Shown here piece by piece: positions 53,920-64,000 of a DNA stretch of 64,000 nt. The stretch spans positions 26,102,001 through 26,166,000 of the forward strand of contig NC_042997.1 in the NCBI RefSeq assembly GCF_006345805.1. Reading direction: 5' to 3'. Made by a program: the position numbers and the translations under genes. The notes below the pieces were generated by a model. It had not been told where the DNA came from and made no database searches. It worked only from the letters and a program-made list of their open reading frames with translations. How positions within the stretch are numbered: position 1 is the stretch's first letter; each line of letters begins with the position of its first letter. This DNA is from Octopus sinensis. Its lineage: Eukaryota.

Positions 53920-54313
53920 CTAGTAGTATCGCCCGGCGTTGCTCAGCTTTGTAAGGGAAATAACTATATAAGCATTTTTAGAGATGTAAAGTATAATAGC
54001 CATCTCAATATGGCTAACCAGAAAGGGGGGGTGTTACTGTAGCTTTTTACGTTCTGAGATTTAATAATAAATTTTTAGAGAGTTACTTCCCTTATATATG
54101 CCAAAAATGCATTAAAATGGGAAAAATTGATGGTAAATTCTTTTTAAATCGTAGACTCATTGTAGACGCGCGCTAATACCCAGAAGGGCTCGATATAAAT
54201 CACGACTATAAGATACCCGGTTTTGGTTAAACTGCACCGCAAAATGTGGGAGTAGTTAGGAATCTAAATCGTAGGAGACAGACAGCACACAACCTTACTT
54301 TTATATATAAAGA
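53920..54313 (-). mobile_element. Non-autonomous Helitron carrying a retrozyme-family insert
   Basis: CTAG and hairpin GCCCGGCGTTGCTC at 53920; 5' TC at 54313; insert at 53981-54070. Confidence 0.85.
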
Positions 54314-54835
54314 CTAGCAGTATCGCCCGGCGTTGCTCGGGTTTGTAAGGGAAATAGCTATATAAGCATTTCTAGTGAGTTATAGCAAAAAAATAGCAAA
54401 AAAATGCATTAAAAATGGAATAAAAAATGATGGTAATTTTGGTGTCTTCAAGCAATGAAGTCGTTGTTCTAAAAGAACGCTGGTCTCCTTGACAATGCTT
54501 TACGACGTTGATTTCCTTACACTCCCTTCCCCACAGCTTCACGAGGGAGGGAAGAAGGGGGAGAAGCAACACAGGTGCAGGTGTGCGCATGGACGCCAAC
54601 TCCGCCGCCATCGACATACGAAAAAATTGGAAGAAATGGAAAAAAATGATGTTAAATTATTTTTAAAATCGTAGACTCATCGTAGACGCGCGCTAATAGC
54701 CCAGACGGGCTCGATATGAATCACGACTATAAGATACCCGAATTTGGTTAAACTGCACCGCAAAATGTGAGAGTAGTTAGGAATCTAAATCGTAGGAGAC
54801 AGACACTCACACAACTACAGTTTTATATATATAGA
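54314..54835 (-). mobile_element. Non-autonomous Helitron with a GC-rich insert of about 190 bp, head-to-tail with the previous copy
   Basis: CTAG at 54314-54317 abuts the TC of the neighbour; 5' TCTATATATATAAAA at 54835. Confidence 0.85.
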
Positions 54836-54994
54836 TATGATTGTGTATGTTTATGTGCGCCTATGTTCTTGTGTATATAAGTATACAAGCATGTATGCAT
54901 GCATGCATATACAGGCGGTGCAAAAGTAGGTATACGGTATGTATCACATCGATGTTATGATACTTAGTTCATTAAAATTATTAACACATTAAAT

Positions 54995-55405
54995 AGGCGC
55001 AGGAGTGGCTGTGTGGTAAGTAGCTTGCTAACCAACCACATGGTTCCGGGTTCAGTCCCACTGCGTGGCATCTTCGGCAAGTGTTTTCTGCTATAGCCCC
55101 GGGCCGACCAAATGCCTTGTGAGTGGATTTGGTAGACGGAAACTGAAAGAAGCCTGTCGTATATATGTATATATATGTATATGTATATGTATGTGTGTGT
55201 ATGTGTTAGTGTGTTTGTGTTTGTCTCCCTAGCATTGCTTGACAACCGATGGTGTGCTTACGTCCCCGTGACTTAGCGGTTCGGCAAAAGAGACCGATAG
55301 AATAAGTACTGGGCTTACAAAGAATAAGTCCTGGGGTCGATTTGCCTACACTAAAGGCGGTGCTCCAGCATGGCCGCAGTCAAATGACTGAAACACGTAA
55401 AAGAG
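54995..55405 (+). mobile_element. SINE family A (full length)
   Basis: GGCGCAGGAGTGGCTGTGTGG...CATGGCCGCAGTCAAATGACTGAAAC. Confidence 0.9.
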
Positions 55406-55487
55406 AAAAAAAAAAGAGAAAAGAGTTCGCCTCATTTTTGATATTTTCGGTGTTAGTGATCATAATACATTTATCATACTCTTTTAC

Positions 55488-55894
55488 TCTCTTTTACTCT
55501 TTTACTTGTTTCAGTCATTTGACTGCGGCCATGCTAGAGCACCGCCTTTTAATCGAACAAATCGACCCCGGGACTTATTCTTTTGTAAGCCCAGTACTTA
55601 TTCTATCGGTCTCTTTTGCTGAACCGCTAGGTAACGGGGACATAAACACACCAGCATCGGTTGTCAAGCAATGCTAGGGGGACAAACACAGACACACAAA
55701 CACACGCGCGTATATATATATATATATGTACATATATACGACGGGCTTCTTTCAGTTTCCGTCTACCAAATCCACTCACAAAGCTTTGGTCGGCCCGAGG
55801 CTATAGTAGAAGACACTTGCCCAAGGTGCCACGCAGTGGGACTGAACCCGGAACCATGTGGTTAGTAAACAAGCTACTTACCACACAGCCACTC
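55488..55894 (-). mobile_element. SINE family A, convergent with 54995-55405
   Basis: Reverse complement of the previous copy. Confidence 0.9.
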
Positions 55895-56305
55895 ATAACG
55901 ATTATAATAATTTTTTCGTAGCCTGCCGTGGCCGAGGTCGACTTTGCCTTTCATCCTTTCGGAGTCAATAAATTAAGTACCCGTTGCTTACTGGGATCGA
56001 TCCAATCGACTGGCACCCCCCCCATAATTTCAGGCCTTGTGGCTAGTGTAGAAAAGAAGACTCTTAGCGTAATTTTTTTTTTTTTTGGACAGAAATAAAT
56101 GAGTATTGTACGTGTTTCCTTTTTTCATAACCGTATGCCTACTTTTGCACCACACTGTATATGTATGTTTGTTTGTGTGTACATATAGCAATATGTGTGC
56201 CACCACATTTGTTGTTTCATTAAAAGTTATGTGCATATGTGTTTGCCTGATTATCACAGGTTTAAAGAGTGGGTGACGTGAACTATTACTCTTCGTGTGA
56301 AACTT

Positions 56306-56358
56306 ACATTTTGACATGTTTTGACATGTTTTGACATGTTTTGACATGTTTTGACATG
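56306..56358. repeat. 10-bp minisatellite (ATGTTTTGAC) x about 5
   Basis: Direct reading. Confidence 0.9.
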
Positions 56359-57170
56359 CCTGTGCTACTGTGTCCATATTAATGTCCACCATATGTATAA
56401 AATATCTTTCATTTAAATCTATATATCTCTATTCCTGTTTGTCTAGCAGTCTGCTTAGATTACAATAAATGAATGTTTTGCTTTACTTTTACTATACATT
56501 ACTCTTGGACTTCGTTTGTTTGCAGTTTATGTTTGTTTGATTTCAGCATTTCATTTCTAGTAGTTTCGATTCCAAATTAAGAAGGACTTCACTTCAATTA
56601 CGTCCTACTTACGACGTTAATATCAATCGGAAAGCTATTTAAATTAGATGAAATCGCACTTTATATATTACTTTCTTTCAACTATTTAATTCAATATTGA
56701 TTTCAGAACAGAAACCAATGAATTCCCAGCTGATTGCCAGGGTTTTGTTTTAATTGGGCAATCGAAGGAAGAGGTGCCGTTCCTTTGTAGGTTTCTTTAA
56801 ACTGATTAGTCTGTTGTGATTGAAATTCAGCTTGAATTTCTGGAGGTTGTTGATCGCGCAAACCTAAACCTTTGTACTTTGGCACCAGCAATAATACTTT
56901 GCTTAATGAAAACTTCCATAGATGTATGGTTCTTAACTTACTGGGTCTGATACACAGAAGAAATGACAGGAAAGCTATCGAGTTTATTTCGTGGCCTTTA
57001 ATGGACGTGGTATGCATTGGTGGGTTGGAAAAACTTAAGCAGCTTGCATTGTAGTAGATAAGATAAATAGGTATATCTACGAACATGCTGTAGCATGATT
57101 CATACATCGGCATATCATTAATTTATAAACATTAGTGTGTATATATCTAATGTATAAATGATGTGTGTGT

Positions 57171-57476
57171 GAAGGCGCATGGCTCAGTGATTAGGGAGTT
57201 TGGCTTACAATCATGATGTTGTGCGTTCGATTCCTGAACGGAGCTTTTTTTCTTGAGCAAGACACTTTATTTCAACGTTGCACCATTTCACTCAACTATA
57301 GAAATGAGTTGCGACGTCACTAGTGCCAAGCTGTATTGGACTTTGCCTTTTCAGAGAGGAGTCTGGTATGCACGGGCTACTGCTTGTCATCTATAAACAA
57401 CCTTGTCCAGCTTGTGCCTCGGAGGGAAACTTTATCGGTGCAAACACATGGTCATTCGTGACCGAAGAGGGTCTTC
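57171..57476 (+). mobile_element. SINE family C variant
   Basis: GAAGGCGCATGGCTCAGTG...GTTCGATTCC...TTGAGCAAGACACTT; tail CATGGTCATTC. Confidence 0.8.
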
Positions 57477-57660
57477 TCTCTCTCTCTCGTGCATAAATAT
57501 ATATTGAATAAAGATGATCGAATAAGAGTATGGCATGTTAAAGTAGAGCACCATACATTAAAGACTATATACAGTAAAACTTAAAACAACAGGTAAAAAC
57601 TCCGGCAGTCCACTGCTGTTGGTCTACGCTGTCCAGCGGAGTTTTGATATCCCCACTTAT

Positions 57661-58020
57661 GTTAGTTAGTTAGTTAGTTAATTTGGCTCAAAAGCAAATA
57701 GCAAGGCCATGTAGGGGGACATGGAGTTAAGTACAGGGTGGTGTTCATGTAAAGAGTTCAGGCCACTTGAGGTCCAGGGAGGCTTTGAACAAAGCGGTCG
57801 TCGGCATCTTCACCATCTCGTCTGGCAGCTTGTTCCACGGATCCGCAACCCGGACGGAGAAAGCTCCTCTCCTTCGATTGAGATGAAATCGTCGCAGGTA
57901 GAGCTTTTCGGAATGACCCCGCAGCCGACGCTCTGGAGCAGGAGTGAAGAACAGCTCTTTCGAGTGGTTACACTTTCCGCTTATGATGTTGTGGGCGAGA
58001 ATGAGATCGCTATGTAACAC
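57661..58020 (-). mobile_element. CR1 LINE 3' end
   Basis: ORF 57745..58020: DLILAHNIISG...RLRGHSEKL...RRGAFSVRVADPWNKLP...FKASLD; short tandem (CTAA)n tail. Confidence 0.9.
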
Positions 58021-58212
58021 GATGTAGTTTGAAGATTTGAGAGGTTATCTATTGTATTGTACAGGATCTTATAGATGTAGGGTTTCATACATACCTGCTT
58101 ATTCAATGCTACAATGCAAGAGAGAGAGAGAGAGAGATTATTTGCAAACAACTTGCAGTTGCAAGCAGTGGACACAATGGTATATTAGTAATGATAATAT
58201 GATAAGAAAGAT

Positions 58213-58505
58213 GAATGACCATGGGGTTGCACCTAGAAAGTTACCCTCCCAGGCACAAGTCCGAGCAAGGTTGTTTACGGAAGGCCAGCAATCGCTCATG
58301 CATACCAGCTTCCCCTCTCCACTCCACCAGTATTATCCAAGGGATTGGAAAAGGCCGATACAACTCATTTCTACAGCTGAGTATTTTAGAGTAACTGAAA
58401 TAAAGTGTCTTGCTCAAGATCACAACGCGCAACCCGGTCCGGAATTCGAACTCACAACCTCACGATCGTAAGCTCGACGCTCTAACCACTCAGCCATGCG
58501 CCTTC
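58213..58505 (-). mobile_element. SINE family C variant, convergent with 57171-57476
   Basis: Head GAAGGCGCATGGCTGAGTGG...GAGTTCGAATTCC; tail CCCATGGTCATTC. Confidence 0.8.
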
Positions 58506-58591
58506 ACACACACGCACACACATATATACATACATATATATATATATACATACATATATTATATATATATATATATATAATATATAATACA

Positions 58592-58678
<87 letters not shown>

Positions 58679-58680
58679 AT

Positions 58681-58768
58681 ACTTTATTTTAAGCAGCAGA
58701 AAATTCAACAAAATCTGTTACTCTGAGTTTCTCGTTGCCGTTCATCAGACAGTTTGTGTTTACTCCGG
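58681..58768 (-). mobile_element. Hammerhead-bearing mini-element (same family as 39933-40150)
   Basis: CTGT CTGATGA ACGGCAACGA GAAAC TCAGA GTA ACAG at 58752-58715; inside (TA)n. Confidence 0.75.
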
Positions 58769-58781
58769 TATATCTATATTT

Positions 58782-58813
<32 letters not shown>

Positions 58814-59109
58814 CATGCTGAAAGTAATTGAAATTGAAACCATAATATAGTAGTGAAGAAGTATTAATAGAGATGTTACTGTTTTACTTTTGAGACGTGA
58901 TATGAAAACAGTGTAAGAGGTAAGAGATTAGTCCGGGCTTGCATTAGGCAAGAAGTTTAAAATTTCTTTTGGCCCATGATACTGCTTGGATCCTAAGTAA
59001 TGCAAGGGTAAAATTTGAATGGAATCCGTTGGGTAGTTCTCGAATTTTAGTGATGCACACATACAGACAGACAGACCCACAGGCACACACACACACATGC
59101 TCAGTCATA

Positions 59110-59205
<96 letters not shown>

Positions 59206-59224
59206 GATACATATGTAGATGCAC

Positions 59225-59430
59225 ATTTTTCAAACTGTAACTACACGGCGATTGTTAGCGATTTTTTTCCTCCGTCATCCTTTTCTCTTAGACTTTCTTC
59301 TGTCTCCTGCTTCTGAAGAAGAGGTTTGCGCTCGAAACATAAAACAACCTTTTTTTCCATCTCTGAGCGTCTTTTAATACTTTGCATGTACCACGTCTTC
59401 GCGTTGCTGCTTTTTTCTTATTGTGGTGCA
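59225..59430 (+). mobile_element. Short PLE-derived repeat with decayed hammerhead (CTGAAGA at 59313-59319...GAAACATA)
   Basis: Same layout as the 15245 and 43090 repeats. Confidence 0.55.
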
Positions 59431-59441
59431 TTTTTAATAAT

Positions 59442-59492
<51 letters not shown>

Positions 59493-60852
59493 TATATAAC
59501 ATATACATATATATATATACCATATATCTATATATACACACATATATATTCAACTAGATCAGTATATAAATATATATGCGCGCACACACACACACGTGTG
59601 TGGTGTGTGTGTATTATGTATGCTTATGTGTATGTATATTGCGTATATATAATAAGTCACAAATCATTGCTAAATTAAAAGGAACACCTGCGATTTTGTT
59701 TTGTTCTCAGTTGAAAAATTCCGAATACATTTATATTTACAGAATAATGCTATTTAGTGTAACGTAGAAATCTGTTCATGCGATTGTCCAATGTTTATCA
59801 CCTGTTGTTCTTCAAAGAAGCACGCAACAAGAAATTGGTTAAACTTTGACACCTGGTGTACTTGAAGGAGCCAGGTAGTGGCACATGAGCATTTATGCTT
59901 TTGTCTTTTGTGTAGTGGTCCAACTTTATACACCGTCTATAGTAGAATTCTGGATTGTGCCATTTTCTTCAGAATCAATAACATTATTCTCAATGATAAA
60001 TTACTATTACTATTGCTTTCGCAATTATAACCATTACATCTAGCGACTACCACCTGCGTGCTCTCTTACCATCCTTCTTAATACACCAAAATATTTATTC
60101 GTTCACGAGACGAAGCCCATACGAGATGCGTGAATGCGAGCGTGCGTCTTTGTATGTGTGTTTGTCTGTATGTGTATCTTTATGTATGTGTAGGTTTTGT
60201 CTTCATATAATATATAATTTTTGGTGTTATTTATAATTATGCTCACAGTAGAAGAGCGGCGGGTTAGTTGTAGCGATCAAAGTTGTGAAAGCGATGTTTG
60301 CAGCAATCTATCATTTGAGGGGTACGTTATTTATTCTGTAGTAAATAGCAGAGTACAAACTTTTACGACAAATATTGTTTACATAAAGAACACTCTAATA
60401 AAGAACAGCAATCTATTAAATTCTAAATTCGTTGTAGAAATTACTGAAATCTATTACTATAATTGGCAATGTCTCCCATCTTTCTTTCCCTCTCTCTTTC
60501 CCTTCTCTTCTCCAAAGTTCTGACTTTAATGGATTTTAATCCTTTGGGTTTACATGTACTAACTAGAGTGTTACCGTTGACATGGTAAGTAATTTAATTA
60601 ATATAATATTTTTTAGATGGTTGGTAATGTTATATTTATAATTCATTGATAATCAAACAGTGTTATTGTCCTTGAGAACATAAATCTATAGTGAATGTGC
60701 AAGTATGATACGTGTTTTAATGTTTTTAATGTAATAAATATTTATATTTTGAAAATAACTCTTCATTTCATTAGTATTCCTCACCATGTTATTTTTAGAA
60801 AATAAAATGATTTTGTACCTATTTAGTTTTCTGACGTTACTCCGAGTGGAAA

Positions 60853-61246
60853 TCTATATATATAAAACTGTAGTTGTGTGAGTGTCTGTCCCCTTCGATT
60901 TAGATTCCTAACTACTCCCACATTTTGCGGTGCAGTTTAACCAAAACCGGGTATCTTATAGTCGTGATTCATATCGAGCCCTTCTGTGTATTAGCGCGCG
61001 TCTACGATGAGTCTACGATTTTAAAAATAATTTACCATCATTTTATCCATTTTCATGCATATTTTTCTAAAGGGAAGCAACTCTCTAAAAATGTCTACGA
61101 TGAGTCAACGATTTAAAAAAAAAATTACCATCATTTTTTTCCATTTTTAATGCATTTTTTGCTAATTTTTTTGGCTATAACTCTCTAAAAATGCTTATAT
61201 AGTTATTTCCCTTACAAACCCGAGCAACGCCGGGCGATACTGCTAG
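60853..61246 (+). mobile_element. Non-autonomous Helitron
   Basis: A/TCTATATATATAAAA ... CCCGAGCAACGCCGGGCGATACTGCTAG/T; same family as 13432-13819. Confidence 0.9.
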
Positions 61247-61886
61247 TACTTATATAAATGAGAAAACAATTACAAATAGTATATGAGAAAACAAAATGAT
61301 GCTGAAGTAAACACGATATGGATAGAGAGAATGAGGAATTGAGCATAAAGATAGAAAATGTATTTGAAAATCGGTTGTAATCATATTTTGTTAATGATAA
61401 AAAAGATTGAAATGACTTTCTACAATGAAATTTTCGTTCAAATAAATCCTATTGACTTTTATTCATAAGACACAAAACTATATCAACTTGATCTAATTTC
61501 TTAAAATTAAATCTTATGCTTATCAAGCGAAGTTATTGGACTATTTAGGTTGAGACTTAAAGTGGTTCAGACGATATCAAAATTTGTTTTTACAAATCAA
61601 AATCAACGAAAGAATTAAAAAAAAATTTTTTTTTTGAAGTTGGCACAAATGGCAATCAAGAGGATATTGTTCAAAAATATAGTTCAGTTATATTAAGATG
61701 TCTCATACACAGCTATAGGTATTTCTACTGTTTTCAATTTAAACCCATTTAAATCGAGCCCACAAATCAACGCTTACACGGATCCTTACATATCCGATTG
61801 GTCATTAATTTCAGTCAAATTTAGTTAATATATACTTAAACTGTCTTTCTTTCCATAATTTACAAAGCCTTTGGGGTTTGTTTATA

Positions 61887-61920
<34 letters not shown>

Positions 61921-61922
<2 letters not shown>

Positions 61923-62325
61923 TTTTTTACTCTTTTACATGTTTCAGTCATTTGACTGCGGCCATGCTGGAGCACCGCCTTTAGTCGAGCAAATCGACCC
62001 CGGGACTTATTCTTTGTAAGCCCAGTACTTATTCTATCGGTCTCTTTTGCCGAACCGCTAAGTGACGGGGACGTAAACACACCAGCATCGGTTGTAAAGC
62101 ATTACTAGGGGTACAAACACAGACACACAAACACATACACATACATACATATACCTATATATACATATATACGACAGGCTTCTTTAAGTTTCCGTCTACC
62201 AAATCCACTCACAAGGCATTGATCGGCTCGGGGCTATAGCAGAAGACACTTGCCCAAGAAGCCACGCAATGGGACTGAACCCGGAACCATGTGGTTGGTT
62301 AGCAAGCTACTTACTACACAGCCAC
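61921..62325 (-). mobile_element. SINE family A
   Basis: Same as 108-520. Confidence 0.9.
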
Positions 62326-62597
62326 ATATGTATAATGTACTTCAGATCAGGGAAATTCTTTGGCTAATCAACAACAAATACTCTCTTGAGATTATTTTCA
62401 TTTGCAAAGACTGCTATTACTTTCGTCTTGTCCAAATATAATGTATTTATAAGAAACCACTAAGATCGAACAGATTTACTTTTTATTACTAATAATTATA
62501 TTTAATTCTGTTGAATGAATAAGGTATTAGTCAAGTACTAGTATAGATGTAACGGACTAACAAAATTTACTTCAAAATTGCTGGTTTTATGCTTAAA

Positions 62598-63028
62598 CTA
62601 ACAGCACAGCCCGGCGTTGCCCGGGTATGTAAGAGCCCCTAGTAGGCAACGACTAATCCCAATCTAGTTCTTTCCCTCTAGGGAACGAAGGCGCATGTGT
62701 AGGTTGCAATGTCTTCTCTTCACTCGAATACTTCTATGTATACGATGTTCCTAGCTGTCTCCCGATTGCAAGTTGCGAAAACTACAACAGAAAATGTGTT
62801 GCATATAAAAAGCTTAGATTCTCGACCCCATGTCGAATTTATCGGGTTTTTTTCAGAACTGGGGGAACTTTTCAAAATTTCCGCTGCGTTAGTTTTGAAT
62901 TATGACATTGGGCTATGTGTGTGTCAAGTTTCATCAGAATCGGTTGAAAGCCGTGGTCAGGGTGAGGGTGCAACCTGACAGCCACACAGACACACAGATA
63001 GACAAACTGCCGTTTATATAGAGAGAGA
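62598..63028 (-). mobile_element. Second non-autonomous Helitron family
   Basis: 5' TCTCTCTCTATATAAA; 3' hairpin CCCGGGCAACGCCGGG then TTAG; interior differs from the 13432 family. Confidence 0.7.
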
Positions 63029-63250
63029 TATGAAACCAAGATTCTCATAGCAAATATATGTGTGCGTGTACGTGTGTGTGTTAGGAAACGATATTGTATT
63101 TCCCAGTTATTGTTATCTCCCTCCCGCCCTCGCAACTATTCTTAAATCAGCATTTCTTTTATTTCGCCCTCATTCTAGCAGATATCTCCTCTTTCCACTA
63201 ACACTTTTACCTTACCTTTCGGCTAAGCTACTTTTCTCTCTCCCCCCCTC

Positions 63251-63288
<38 letters not shown>

Positions 63289-64000
63289 AGGAATCCTTTT
63301 CTTTTTCATACTTTTGGCATTTCACTTCTCTCTGATGCAGAGTTTTAGCTGGAAAATTAAACTGTTCTTCCTCGTATTCTTAAATTTCATTTGCAGTTTA
63401 ATCTATAATTTGTCTAATGTATTGTTTATACACAGCTTCATTTGTTTCTTTATAATGAATTATTGCGAAGCTTAAGAATCTTGTAAGTCTGATGGTTTGT
63501 CGGGTTTCTGTCTTTGCTAAATTTTCCAAGAGTGCAATAAATCCTGTAGAAATGTTGGACTTCATTTTAAAAACGTTCGTCTCTTGACTACAGTAAGAAA
63601 TGCAGATCTTTGTGGTAGACTATGTTTTAGAGAAGATGTGGTTGCAATTTCTACCTTTCTAGTTTTCTCTCCCACCCTTCCCTATTCTTCTCCCCTCCCC
63701 TTCACCGTTCCCTCTCTCTCTTATTCCTCCTCCTCCTCCTCCTCGACTCTCGTCACTGACACGTGACCAGAGGGAAGTCAGCTTTCCAACTGCTATCTTC
63801 ACCAACACCTGACCGGTTATCATGTCTCTCTCATAAGCTGTCTCCTTGAGCATTCACAATAATTTTTCCATCGTCTTAGCTTAACAACCCTCATCGTTTG
63901 TTTTTTTTACCGTGTTATTCTCTTCGTTCTGTTTTTTACTGTTTTTAATTTTATTGGTTTTACTGTCTTGTTTTGTTCTTACTGTCCTGTTCTTGTTACC

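Larger units (their letters stand above)
54912..56157. mobile_element. Tc1/mariner-type MITE (27-bp TIRs, TA flanks) invaded by SINEs
   Basis: TA-CAGGCGGTGCAAAAGTAGGTATACGGT at 54912-54938 and ACCGTATGCCTACTTTTGCACCACACTG-TA at 56130-56157. Confidence 0.7.

Noticed and set aside
60254-60327. Plus-strand candidate exon (EERRVSCSDQSCESDVCSNLSFEG)
   Set aside because: Isolated, weak pyrimidine tract, no partner exon identified.

Overview
AT-rich, microsatellite-dense animal DNA. The SINE families and (TA)n load resemble Octopus; this is an inference from sequence style only. No recognisable intact protein-coding gene, rRNA, true tRNA or CRISPR is present. The window is mostly transposon-derived: several tRNA-derived SINE families, Penelope-like retroelement (PLE) remnants, RTE, CR1/L2, Tx1 and R4/Dong LINE fragments, mariner relics, MITEs and non-autonomous Helitrons. 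The main unexplained signal is a set of about 15 hammerhead-ribozyme (HHR) motifs in (TA)n-inserted elements. The best case is a 354-bp tandem repeat at 43468-44460 with one type I hammerhead per unit, embedded in a long covarying stem; this is the architecture of a retrozyme that could yield 354-nt circular RNAs. Others include a 3.9-kb near-perfect PLE palindrome with an HHR in each arm and a tRNA-headed SINE carrying an HHR. These elements repeatedly occur as head-to-head fold-backs. A speculative three-exon minus-strand gene (signal-peptide-like start) is also noted. All folds and alignments were done by eye; TE boundaries are approximate unless stated.
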